This document shows, piece by piece, positions 44,529 through 53,204 of a DNA stretch of 64,000 nucleotides. The DNA comes from Candidatus Rifleibacterium amylolyticum (lineage in GTDB: Bacteria; Muiribacteriota; Ozemobacteria; Ozemobacterales; Ozemobacteraceae), in NCBI GenBank assembly GCA_009917695.1, contig JAACJG010000001.1:143219-207218 (forward strand), written 5' to 3'. The notes under the pieces are model-generated. The model ran no database searches, was not told the DNA's origin, and saw only the letters and a program-made list of their open reading frames with translations. The translations under genes were made by a program, and so were the position numbers. Numbering within the stretch: position 1 is the first letter of the stretch; each line of letters opens with the position of its first letter.

Positions 44529-46475
44529 TTGAAACGTATTACCAGTTTGTTTGTCGTTCTTTGTCTGCTCGGCTCTGGCGCCGCTTTTGCCGCTGGAGTG
44601 TCTGTAAGCACTGCGCGTGGTTATTCAACCACTCTGACCATCGATTGTCCCAAAGTTGAATTGACCGAAGCCCAGGTTCTCGGCGCCAAAGCCTATATGG
44701 TTACCGCTCCCGAAGCTTCTCTCTCTTCTGACAAAGATGCTCCGACCCTTCCGGTCTATACCGCAATGGTAATGGTAGACCCGGTGCGCCGCCCGGTTTT
44801 CCAGGTCAACAGCCTCGAATCCGAAATCATCGAAATCGATGCGCGTGTAATGCCCAGCAAAGGCAACTTTACCCGCAACATCAACCCCGCTGATGTTCCT
44901 TTCAACTTCGGCCCGGCTTATGAAGCCAATACCTGGTATCCCGCTGACAAAGACCTCGTCAAAATGGGCGAACCTTTCATCTTCCGCGATATCCGCGGTG
45001 TTAACCTGATTGTTAGCCCGGTTCAGTACAATCCCTCAACTAACAAGCTCAGAATCCACAAGAAGATACAGGTTTCCATCAACGCTGACGAAAAAGCTTC
45101 TAAAAACACCATGAAGAAGTCAAACCCGATCAGCAAAGTTTTCGAACCTATCTACAAGAATACTTTCGTTAACTACAAAGAAGCCGCTCGCCGCCTGCCC
45201 CGCCTCGACGAAAATGGCCGCCTGCTCATCATCTGCTACGACGATTTCATGAACGCCATGAAACCCTTCGTAGACTGGAAGAAGAAAATCGGTATCAACG
45301 TTAAACTCGTTCCGCTCAGCGAAGTTGGCAAGACCAACACTGAAGTCCAGACTTTCATCACTGATGAATTCAATCAGGGTGGCCTCACTCACATCATGCT
45401 GGTTGGCGATGCTGAACAGATCCCGACCAACAAGGGCGTTAAAGAACGCGCCGACTCTGACCCCTGCTACGTAAAACTCGCCGGTGACGATCATGTTCCG
45501 GATGCAATCATCAGCCGTCTGTCAGCCACCACTGAAAAAGACGTAGCCTATCAGGTTGCCAAGTTCATCAACTATGAACGTTTTCCGACCGAAGACAAAG
45601 CCTGGTATACCAGAGCTCTCGGTATCGGTTCTAACGAAGGTAACCCGACCGACAAGGCTTACATCGAAGAAATCCGCCAGGTTCTTCTTGGCAAAATGTT
45701 CACCGAAATCGCTACTGCCTATGACCCGGGCGCAACTGCCGCTATGGTCACTGAAGCCGTTAACAAGGGTCTCAGCCTGATCAACTATCTTGGCCATGGC
45801 TCCGGCACCAGCTGGGGTACTACCCGCTTCAACAACACCAATGCCAGCCAGCTCAAAAATGGTTGGATGATGCCGGTAATCTGGGACGTCGCCTGTGTTA
45901 ACGGTCGCTTCGTTAACTACACCGGTTTCGGCGAAGCCTGGATGCGCTCAGGTAACATCGAAGCTCCGGCCGGCGCCGTTTCTTATGCCGGCGCGACCAC
46001 CAACATGGAATGGGTTCCCCCGATCCACGTTCAGGCCGAATTCAACAAGAACTACATCGCCAATGAAGTATACAAGACCACCGGTGGTATCTTCATCAAC
46101 GGTATCATGAAGGGTCTTGAACTCTACACCACTGACCCCAAGAAATCTGGCGTCATGATGCTCGAGCAGTGGCACCTCTTCGGCGATGGCACTACTCTGG
46201 TTCGCTTCAAGGCCCCGACCAAAGTTAAGGCTGAAAACCGCGCTACCCGCAATGGTGATGCCGTAACTGTAAAAGTTAACGTTGTCGATGAAGAAGGCAA
46301 GCCCGTAAGCAACGCCCGCGTTACCGTTTACACTGAAGGCGTCGAAAACATTCGCGTCGCTACCACCAATGACGAAGGTGAAGCTGTTGTGACCATGGAA
46401 AACATGACCGCCGGTTATGTTACCATCATCCACTCAGACATCGTTCCGGTTGTAGACGAGCCAATCGTTTTCTGA
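44529..46475 (+). CDS. Secreted peptidase C25 (gingipain-like cysteine protease) family protein with a C-terminal Ig/CARDB-like domain.
   Basis: The signal peptide reads KRITSLFVVLCLLGSGAAFAAG. A C25-like catalytic region is present, with the His motif INYLGHGSGTSWG and the Cys motif WDVACVNGRF. The C-terminal 90 aa forms a beta-domain. The start is TTG with a canonical SD. Confidence 0.6.
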   Translation: MKRITSLFVVLCLLGSGAAFAAGVSVSTARGYSTTLTIDCPKVELTEAQVLGAKAYMVTAPEASLSSDKDAPTLPVYTAMVMVDPVRRPVFQVNSLESEIIEIDARVMPSKGNFTRNINPADVPFNFGPAYEANTWYPADKDLVKMGEPFIFRDIRGVNLIVSPVQYNPSTNKLRIHKKIQVSINADEKASKNTMKKSNPISKVFEPIYKNTFVNYKEAARRLPRLDENGRLLIICYDDFMNAMKPFVDWKKKIGINVKLVPLSEVGKTNTEVQTFITDEFNQGGLTHIMLVGDAEQIPTNKGVKERADSDPCYVKLAGDDHVPDAIISRLSATTEKDVAYQVAKFINYERFPTEDKAWYTRALGIGSNEGNPTDKAYIEEIRQVLLGKMFTEIATAYDPGATAAMVTEAVNKGLSLINYLGHGSGTSWGTTRFNNTNASQLKNGWMMPVIWDVACVNGRFVNYTGFGEAWMRSGNIEAPAGAVSYAGATTNMEWVPPIHVQAEFNKNYIANEVYKTTGGIFINGIMKGLELYTTDPKKSGVMMLEQWHLFGDGTTLVRFKAPTKVKAENRATRNGDAVTVKVNVVDEEGKPVSNARVTVYTEGVENIRVATTNDEGEAVVTMENMTAGYVTIIHSDIVPVVDEPIVF

Positions 46476-46490
46476 TCCAGCTCTGAATTA

Positions 46491-46527
46491 AAAGCCGGTC
46501 ACCGTAAGGTGGCCGGCTTTTTTTTTT
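46491..46527 (+). terminator. Rho-independent terminator of the C25 gene. It also serves as the attachment site for the downstream group II intron.
   Basis: AAAGCCGGTCACC-GTAA-GGTGGCCGGCTTT forms a stem, followed by ten T residues. Confidence 0.7.
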
Positions 46528-47087
46528 ATAGTGTGCCCGGCATGGGCGATAACTCGGCGGTGCAAGTCCGCTACAGGCTTGGCAGCAGGAACTGTTAGCC
46601 AAAGGCAAGGGTGTCCACCGTGAGGTGGAATCTGAAGGAAGCCGGAGGCAAACCCTCGGCCCGATGAACAAGAACCGTATATAAGGCACTACGTGACTGG
46701 ACGAGCTTGCTATACAAAGCAAAGTCCGATACTGCCCGAGGTCTGCGGTGTAGATACGGCGGGTATATGAGGGGAAAGTTATCGTTCTTACCCGGGGAGA
46801 TCTTGTAGTGGTCGCCGACAAGAGGGATGGTTAGACAACCCACAGCGACAGGTGGGGCAGCAATGCCCCACTGAACTACAAGAAGTCAGCAGAGGCCATA
46901 GTAACGCGGCGATGCGCGAAGGGCCGAACAATGGTTAATCTTCGATCGTATGGATGGCGTGATGACGCAACGACTGCCGAATACTGTTCCAACAGGCTAC
47001 CTCTGCAATGATACGGTGGAACCGGAAAGTAACAGAGGAGCGCATAGCGCCGTTATACCAAAAATCGAAAAAAAAATCGAAACGAAG

Positions 47088-47957
47088 ATGGGTGCAGATG
47101 CTTTGCTCGAAATGGTGCTAGACAGAAATAATCTGAATCAGGCATACAAGCGGGTGAAGCAGAATGGTGGTGGCGCTGGCATTGACGGGATGACGGTCGA
47201 TCAAATGCTGCCTTATCTGAGAGCTCACGGGAGCAGTCTGCTGGAAGAACTTGCAAGCGGAAAATACCGTCCCCAACCTGTTAAAAGAGTTGAGATTCCG
47301 AAACCAGACGGGGGAAAACGACTGCTTGGTGTACCAACGGTAATAGACCGTATGGTTCAGCAGGCAATCGTGCAGGTATTACAACCGATATTCGAGCCGA
47401 CTTTCTCTGACAGCAGTTTCGGGTTTCGTCCGAAGCGAAGTGCACAGCAGGCGATCAAGCGGGCGAAGGAATATTATGAGCGAGGATACTCCGATGTCTT
47501 AGACATTGATCTCGCCAGATATTTCGACACCGTAAACCACAACCTGCTGATCAGAATGGTCAGGGAGCATGTGAAAGACGAACGGATAATCAACCTGATA
47601 CGCAAATTCCTTCGGAGTGGCGTTCTGGCTGGTGGTCTCGTAAGTCCGACAGAGGAAGGAACCCCGCAAGGTGGCAATCTTTCTCCGTTGCTCAGCAATA
47701 TTTACCTCACGAGCTTTGACAGACTTCTGGAAAGCAGAAATCATCGGTTCGTGAGGTATGCGGATGACTGCAATATCTATGTCAAAAGTCGTAGAGCTGC
47801 TGCCAGAGTGATGGCCGGATGTGTCAAATTCCTCGAAGGAAAGCTTAAACTCAAGGTTAATCGTGAAAAGAGCCGTGTCGGAAGCCCGCTAAAGCTGAAA
47901 TTTCTTGGTTTCTCACTGTATAAAAGGCAAGAAAACAGGAATAAGACCACATCATAA
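47088..47957 (+). CDS. Group II intron-encoded protein, reverse-transcriptase domains (fragment 1 of a frameshifted ORF).
   Basis: RT0/RT1 reads LNQAYKRVKQNGGGAGIDGMTVDQ. RT3/4 reads LDIDLARYFDTVNHNLL. RT5 reads FVRYADDCNIYVKS (YADD). The track ORF begins at ATG 46950, and the typical IEP start MGADALLEMVL is at 47088. Confidence 0.75.
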   Translation: MGADALLEMVLDRNNLNQAYKRVKQNGGGAGIDGMTVDQMLPYLRAHGSSLLEELASGKYRPQPVKRVEIPKPDGGKRLLGVPTVIDRMVQQAIVQVLQPIFEPTFSDSSFGFRPKRSAQQAIKRAKEYYERGYSDVLDIDLARYFDTVNHNLLIRMVREHVKDERIINLIRKFLRSGVLAGGLVSPTEEGTPQGGNLSPLLSNIYLTSFDRLLESRNHRFVRYADDCNIYVKSRRAAARVMAGCVKFLEGKLKLKVNREKSRVGSPLKLKFLGFSLYKRQENRNKTTS

Positions 47958-48363
47958 GCCCCTTGAGACCTTCAAAAATAGGGTTAGAATGATTACCAGT
48001 CGCAGAAGAGGAAGATCGGTCAGTCAGATTCTACAGGAAACAAAAGTTTTCACCACAGGCTGGCTGGGCTACTATGCCATTGCAGATATGAGGGAGCGTA
48101 TATCCGAACTTAACGAATGGATAAGACGGAGAATACGTCAGTATACATGGAAGCAATGGAAGAAGATCAGCGCGAAATTCCGAAATCTGAAGCAGCTTGG
48201 GATTCCTGAAGAGCGGTCATGGATGTGGGCGAATACCAGGTTGGGTTACTGGAGAACGGCTGGGAGCCCTGTGCTGACAAGGTCATTAACAAACAAATAC
48301 CTCGTATCTATCGGATATGAAGACATATCAGTAAGATACGAGGCATTGCATCAAAACCATTGA
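47905..48363 (+). CDS. Group II intron-encoded protein, thumb/X maturase domain (fragment 2, in a +1 frame relative to the RT part). No endonuclease domain is present.
   Basis: The X-domain reads GWLGYYAIADMRERISELNEWIRRRIRQYTWKQWKK...RLGYWRTAGSPVLTRSLTNKYLVSIGY. It ends 1 nt before domain V. The frames switch within 47908..47925, which contains an A4 run. An IEP that lacks the endonuclease domain is typical of class C introns. Confidence 0.65.
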   Translation: MVSHCIKGKKTGIRPHHKPLETFKNRVRMITSRRRGRSVSQILQETKVFTTGWLGYYAIADMRERISELNEWIRRRIRQYTWKQWKKISAKFRNLKQLGIPEERSWMWANTRLGYWRTAGSPVLTRSLTNKYLVSIGYEDISVRYEALHQNH

Positions 48364-48508
48364 ACCGCCGTATACCGAACGGTACGTACGGTGGGGTGAG
48401 AGGACAATGGGTGAAATAATCACCCATTTCCTACTCGATTGCTCGCGTTTTGTCTCTTCTTAGCTTCAGCGAAACAGAGCAGGCGTGTTTGTTTTTCTTG
48501 CGTAATCT

Positions 48509-48548
48509 CAGACAAAATAACCAGCGCCTCCCTTGCAGGAGGCGCTGG
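48509..48548 (-). terminator. Rho-independent terminator downstream of pgpA on the minus strand.
   Basis: On the minus strand CCAGCGCCTCC-TGCAAG-GGAGGCGCTGG is a perfect 11-bp stem, followed by TTATTTTGTCTG. Confidence 0.5.
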
Positions 48549-48573
48549 TCTGTCACTGCTTTACCTTGTTTTA

Positions 48574-49107
48574 TTAAATAATACCGTTGAGCAGTAGTAT
48601 GCGCAGAATCAGGTTGGCGATCATGCCGGCGGCTAGATCGTCGGCAACAATGCCGGTGCCACCGCGAAAAGTCTGAAAAAGGTTGATTGGAAAAGGCTTG
48701 AGAATATCGAGCAGGCGAAACAGGATGAAGCCGACGACAATGGCGGCAGAGCTGGCATCCCAGATAAAAAGCAGAGTCGTCCACATCCCAAGCGCTTCGT
48801 CTATCACTACTTCTTCGGGGTCGATGCTGCGGTCGATCTTTTCAATACGCTCTGATATTCCGATTGCAATAAGCGTAAAAGTGAAAAACAGCCCAATTTG
48901 AGGCCAGGCGCCAAGATTCTTTGTCATCATGAAAAGGGCAATGCCAGGCAGGCTGCCAAGAGTGCCCGGCGCTTTCTTGATGTAACCGAGGCCGAAGCAT
49001 GAGCCCAGCAGCTTGATGCTGCCGATGCTTGCTGAACTGTTAGTCCAGGAAGTGCCAATTCTTTTTGAAGTAGTCATAACCAGAATACACCGTGGCGACA
49101 GCTGCAA
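48574..49107 (-). CDS. pgpA: Phosphatidylglycerophosphatase A.
   Basis: The PgpA signature reads LLGSCFGLGYIKKAPGTLGSLPGIALF...VVIDEALGMW. The track start at 49107 overlaps pgsA by 68 nt. An internal start at 49077 (MTTSKRIG...) would reduce this overlap. Confidence 0.65.
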   Translation of the reverse strand: MQLSPRCILVMTTSKRIGTSWTNSSASIGSIKLLGSCFGLGYIKKAPGTLGSLPGIALFMMTKNLGAWPQIGLFFTFTLIAIGISERIEKIDRSIDPEEVVIDEALGMWTTLLFIWDASSAAIVVGFILFRLLDILKPFPINLFQTFRGGTGIVADDLAAGMIANLILRILLLNGII

Positions 49108-49648
49108 TGATCATGAGAACCTGAATCGTTACAGCATAGAACTGCATCAGCAGGTCGAGCCATTGCTGCTGCGCGTAACTGAGAAGAAAAATTCTGATGG
49201 TCAAAAAGCAAAGAGATGTGATGATAGCTGTAAGCTGGGCTGCGGTCTTGAGTTTGCCAGCGCCGCTGGCGTCGATGACCTTGCCGCGTTCGGCACAGAT
49301 CAGCCTGAGCCCGGTAACTGCGAATTCCCGCGCGATAATGATAATAGCGACCCAGGCCGCTGTGTGCGTGATCTCGCGGTATTCTACCATTGCGATAAGG
49401 GCGGTTGAGACCAGCAGTTTGTCGGCAATTGGATCCATGAATCGGCCAAATGTGGTAACCTGCTGATATTTTCTGGCCAGATAGCCATCGTAATAGTCGG
49501 TTATCGCTGCAACAATGAAAATAATAGTGGCAACGGCCTTGCCCCAGTCGCCTTCAAGTGCTGCTCCAGGCGGTCGATAGAAAAAGGCCACCATGAAGAA
49601 TGGTATTGCCGCCACCCGTGCGACTGTAAGTTTGGTGGCAAGATTCAT
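49040..49648 (-). CDS. pgsA: CDP-diacylglycerol--glycerol-3-phosphate 3-phosphatidyltransferase.
   Basis: The CDP-alcohol phosphatidyltransferase motif reads DYYDGYLARKYQQVTTFGRFMDPIADKLL. The 202 aa protein has multiple TM segments. Confidence 0.8.
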   Translation of the reverse strand: MNLATKLTVARVAAIPFFMVAFFYRPPGAALEGDWGKAVATIIFIVAAITDYYDGYLARKYQQVTTFGRFMDPIADKLLVSTALIAMVEYREITHTAAWVAIIIIAREFAVTGLRLICAERGKVIDASGAGKLKTAAQLTAIITSLCFLTIRIFLLSYAQQQWLDLLMQFYAVTIQVLMIIAAVATVYSGYDYFKKNWHFLD

Positions 49649-50937
49649 GCGACCATCTCCGCTGTGAAGTCGTAAGAATCTGCATTAACAATACGTACTC
49701 TGATAATGTCGCCTGGCTTAACCTTGTGTTTCCCGGCGATCGTCGTAACATTATCGACCTCATAGGCATCGCCGGCAGTTCGCGCCAGAACACGTTCAGG
49801 TTGAACTTCATCGACGATAACATTGACAACTCGATTGAGCAGTTTCTGGTTCTGCTCGCCGACAATCAGCTGTTGCAGTGTCATCAGCTGGTCGAGTCGG
49901 GCTTGTCTGGTCGATGGCCTGACCCGGGGTTTGAGTTTTTCGGCAGCGGTTCCCTCTTCTTCTGAATAGGCAAAAGCACCGACGCGGTCGAGCGGGTGCT
50001 CTTCGATAAAGTCGATGAGTTTGTCGAAATCGCGCTTCTGTTCGCCGGGAAAGCCAACGATAAAGGTGGTTCTGATCGTACCTTCTGGATAATTGCGGCG
50101 AATGTGATCGATCAGCCTGATCAGGTGTTCTGGCGAAGTGTGACGGTTCATCGCTTCCAGAATTCGTTTAGAAACGTGCTGTAGCGGAATATCGAAGTAG
50201 GGGAGGACTTTGGGGATGCTGTAGAGCTCGTCTATCAATCGCGGCGTCAGGCCGCGCGGGTGCATATAGTGAAGACGCAGCCATTCTAATCCCGTGACCG
50301 CAGAAAGTTCTCTGACCAGTGCTGGTAGCGTGCATCTGCCTTCGATATCGGTGCCATATCTGGTAATGTCCTGTGCTACAATAGACATTTCTTTTGCGCC
50401 TGAGGCTGCCAGTTTCTGGGCATCTCTGAGAATTTCAGCCTGCGGCCGCGAATAAAAAGGGCCTCTGATGCCTGGGATCGCACAGTAAGAACAACGGTTG
50501 CTGCAGCCTTCGGCAATTTTGAGTATGCCGATATGAGAGGGCGTGAAAAAGCGCCAGCTCTGGCTGTAGTCGGGGGTAAGCCGGTTGTTACTGTTAAGTG
50601 AGATCAGCATTTTAAGCTGATCTTCGCTTAAAAATTCAAAAAGATAGTCGATTTCGGGAATTTCACTCTGTATTTCGGCCCGATATCTTTTCACCAGACA
50701 ACCGAACACGCAGACTCGAATGTCGGGGTGGTTGTCTTTAATGCTGAGGTTATTCATTATTGTCGTCAGAGATTCTTCTTTGGCGTCTTTAATGAATCCG
50801 CAGGTGTTTATGAGGATCAGATCGGCCATCTCCGGCTTTTCGGCCCAAGACCAGCCTGCAGAGGCAAAGCGATTAGCGATGAACTCTGAATCTGCTGTGT
50901 TCTTGGTGCAGCCGAGGGATATCAGGTGGAATTTCAT
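49645..50937 (-). CDS. rimO: Radical-SAM methylthiotransferase of the MiaB/RimO family, most like RimO (ribosomal protein S12 methylthiotransferase).
   Basis: The MTTase N-domain is present (HLISLGCTKNTADSE). The radical SAM motif is CSNRCSYCAIP. A C-terminal TRAM-like segment is present. The 430 aa size fits RimO. The gene overlaps pgsA by 4 nt. Confidence 0.65.
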   Translation of the reverse strand: MKFHLISLGCTKNTADSEFIANRFASAGWSWAEKPEMADLILINTCGFIKDAKEESLTTIMNNLSIKDNHPDIRVCVFGCLVKRYRAEIQSEIPEIDYLFEFLSEDQLKMLISLNSNNRLTPDYSQSWRFFTPSHIGILKIAEGCSNRCSYCAIPGIRGPFYSRPQAEILRDAQKLAASGAKEMSIVAQDITRYGTDIEGRCTLPALVRELSAVTGLEWLRLHYMHPRGLTPRLIDELYSIPKVLPYFDIPLQHVSKRILEAMNRHTSPEHLIRLIDHIRRNYPEGTIRTTFIVGFPGEQKRDFDKLIDFIEEHPLDRVGAFAYSEEEGTAAEKLKPRVRPSTRQARLDQLMTLQQLIVGEQNQKLLNRVVNVIVDEVQPERVLARTAGDAYEVDNVTTIAGKHKVKPGDIIRVRIVNADSYDFTAEMVA

Positions 50938-51261
50938 AGTGATAGAATACCTTTCTGCGGCCTAAAAGGCAAGCTATCTTGCCAATACTGGTGTTTTAGA
51001 TAGCTTTTCCATGTCTCATCGACAAGGAATTAAAGCTTGTGCGATTACATGCAGAGTCTCTGAGCGATTCAAATATTGAAATTTGCTTATCAAATATTTA
51101 ATTAAAGCGATAATTTAATATTAAAATGATTATGTTTGTATAAAATTGATTGTTGCCGGCATTGATAAAGAAACGGCAGGTAAAAAGCTGGCTATGCATA
51201 AGAATTCCTGTTATTGTGCCGAAAACCATGCTGATTATGCTTATCCTCGGGAGGATGCTTT

Positions 51262-52569
51262 ATGAAGTGCAGTTTGTTGAAAAATACCGGTTCATTTTTG
51301 CAGGGGCTGGCGATAATTCTGTCGGCGACTTTATTGCCCGGCGTTGTCGCAGCTCAGGAACCGCAGGATTGCATGGCGAAAGTCGGGATTGAGCTGTCTT
51401 ATGGACTGCCGGTGAGCATGCCTGATGAGTTGTATGGCGCGTCACGCCTTGCTGAAGCTGCCGACAAATATCGTCTGGCTGTCGGCGATCCCAATTGCCC
51501 GGGCGATGTTTCCTTTATCGTTGCCGGAGAAGTCAGCAGTCCTGGCGAATATAATTTGAAAGCGCCAGTCAATCTTTTGAACGCCCTGCTGACAGCCGGG
51601 GGGCCTACTCATGCCGGAAGCATGCGTCGGATTCAGGTATTTCATGGTGGCAGTCTATTGGGTGAGTATGACTTGTATGGCTTTTTCAATGAAGGTCGTA
51701 TCGTGGATGATTTTGTCTTTAACGGTGGTGAGCACGTTGTAGTTATGCCACATGGTGCTCGTGTGAGTGTTTCAGGCAGTGTCGCTGCGCCAGCTGTTTT
51801 TGAACTCAAGCCTGTCGAGATGAGTTTGCAGTATTTGATGGAGTATTGTGGCGGTTTTTCGGCTGGAGAAGGTATCTATCGGATCGAAGTCGTAAGAGTT
51901 GCGAATCTGAAGCGCAACATCGTTTTTTCGTCTGACGTAAAATCAGACGCAAAGCTGCCAGAATTTCAGCTGGTTGCCGGTGACAGGGTCAGTGTCTATA
52001 AAAAAGTCGATAGGTTGCCGGGGATGACAAGTGTTCAATTCCCGGATGGCAGCAGACGGGAGTTCAGTCTTGACAATATTGCCAGGTTGTCGCATCTGCT
52101 AAAGGAACTGGAACCGTTGTCTGAGAATGTTTCTATGAGCTATGCCGAGTTGTTGCGTGCTGGTCGATCTGATAAAAAATACGAGGTTATCGGAATTTCG
52201 ATAGAGGCTTTGTCGCGTATGATTGCAGCAGGAGATACCTCTTTTGATCTGGTTTTGCGACCCGACGATCGCCTTATGCTTTTCGATCGCGAGTTTATCG
52301 AGAAAAAGCCGATAGTCGGGCTTGAAATCGCGGGGCAGGCACCTGTGTTCACTGACTATAAGGCGGGTATGAAGATAAGCGATCTTTTGCGCGCCATCGA
52401 AGTTGAATTGCCTGGCAGAGCAAAAAATGTCAGGATAAATCGCCGTCGTTTGAGCGGGGCAAAAATAGAATCATCGAACCTGCTGGTCGATATCTCAGCA
52501 GTCAGGCGCGGAAGCAGGCGGCATGATGTTGAGCTGCAGCCTTTCGATGTCCTTATGATTCAGCCTTGA
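51262..52569 (+). CDS. Secreted SLBB (soluble-ligand-binding beta-grasp) domain protein, possibly of the polysaccharide-export (Wza-like) periplasmic family.
   Basis: The signal peptide reads MKCSLLKNTGSFLQGLAIILSATLLPGVVAAQ. Two SLBB-like units are present (VAGEVSSPGEYNLKAPVNLLNALLTAGGPT and VSVSGSVAAPAVFELKPVEMSLQYLMEYCGG). A GGGAGG RBS is present. Confidence 0.35.
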   Translation: MKCSLLKNTGSFLQGLAIILSATLLPGVVAAQEPQDCMAKVGIELSYGLPVSMPDELYGASRLAEAADKYRLAVGDPNCPGDVSFIVAGEVSSPGEYNLKAPVNLLNALLTAGGPTHAGSMRRIQVFHGGSLLGEYDLYGFFNEGRIVDDFVFNGGEHVVVMPHGARVSVSGSVAAPAVFELKPVEMSLQYLMEYCGGFSAGEGIYRIEVVRVANLKRNIVFSSDVKSDAKLPEFQLVAGDRVSVYKKVDRLPGMTSVQFPDGSRREFSLDNIARLSHLLKELEPLSENVSMSYAELLRAGRSDKKYEVIGISIEALSRMIAAGDTSFDLVLRPDDRLMLFDREFIEKKPIVGLEIAGQAPVFTDYKAGMKISDLLRAIEVELPGRAKNVRINRRRLSGAKIESSNLLVDISAVRRGSRRHDVELQPFDVLMIQP

Positions 52570-52587
52570 AAAAGCTGTCTAAGGGTA

Positions 52588-53088
52588 TCATCGTGCCATG
52601 ATCGATTTCAGGGTCTGCTGCATTTTACTCAGGCTGGGAGATACCGCGGCAATGTCGCCTCCCTGACTGGGCAATACAATCCCGAGTCTTTCGGCCTCGG
52701 CCTGGCGATGTGCGCGATTTTGCTGCATTTTGCTGAGGGCTTCTGAGAACAGCGGTGAGTCAGATTGTCGTTCATCTGATTTCAGTGCTTCTTCTTTACT
52801 GCTGGCGGTCTCAGGTTCTGGTATTATCTGAACCTGACCAACAGTCTTATTGTCTGAAGTAAATTCCGGTTCAAGTTCCTCGCGTTCAGAGGCGGCCATG
52901 AATGGCTGGCTGGTGTTATTGGCCTGAGCCACGTATGATATTGAGTTCTCGGGAATTTTGTATTCGCCTTCACCAGCTATTACAGAATATGGAAAGAGAA
53001 GCATCATCAAAACGCTTAAAATTAATGCGGGTTTTACATAGCGCACGAAATTTCGGAAATTGTTCACTTTGTTATCCTTGTGACACAA
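52588..53088 (-). CDS. Hypothetical secreted or membrane-anchored protein.
   Basis: The 166-aa ORF opens with a TTG in the track. An N-terminal hydrophobic segment is present (PALILSVLMMLLFPYSVIAG). I recognise no domain. Confidence 0.3.
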   Translation of the reverse strand: MCHKDNKVNNFRNFVRYVKPALILSVLMMLLFPYSVIAGEGEYKIPENSISYVAQANNTSQPFMAASEREELEPEFTSDNKTVGQVQIIPEPETASSKEEALKSDERQSDSPLFSEALSKMQQNRAHRQAEAERLGIVLPSQGGDIAAVSPSLSKMQQTLKSIMAR

Positions 53089-53156
53089 AATCAGGCCATG
53101 AGTCGGCCAATGCGCAGATAATACTATTATGTCGAGCTCAGGTCAAGTCTCGCAAT

Positions 53157-53197
53157 AAAAAAAAACTGCCCGTTGCAGCTGCAACAGGCAGTTTTTT
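53157..53197 (-). terminator. Rho-independent terminator downstream of the TPR gene on the minus strand. Its symmetric structure makes it potentially bidirectional.
   Basis: AAAAAAAAA-CTGCCCGTTGCAG/CTGCAACAGGCAG-TTTTTT forms a 13-bp near-perfect stem with A- and T-runs on either side. Confidence 0.5.
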
Positions 53198-53204
53198 CTG
53201 AGTG

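Larger units (their letters stand above)
46531..48434 (+). mobile_element. Bacterial group II intron of about 1.9 kb with class C (IIC) hallmarks.
   Basis: The 5' end reads GTGTG, three nt after the terminator T-run. An internal RT-maturase ORF is present. Domain V (48365..48394) has an 8-bp lower stem, a CG bulge, a 4-bp upper stem, a GAAC loop and a CGC triad instead of AGC. The domain VI hairpin is followed by ...CCTAC at 48434. The 3' boundary is good to about 5 nt. Confidence 0.7.

Noticed and set aside
46426-46843. Minus-strand ORFs 46426..46821 and 46595..46843 overlap the end of the C25 gene and the intron 5' region.
   Set aside because: They span the terminator hairpin and intron domain I, which is structured RNA. 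They have no coding signal.
48574-50937. The pgpA-pgsA-rimO block could be part of something unusual.
   Set aside because: These are ordinary housekeeping phospholipid and ribosome-modification genes with typical motifs and overlaps, and nothing beyond an annotation-start ambiguity for pgpA.
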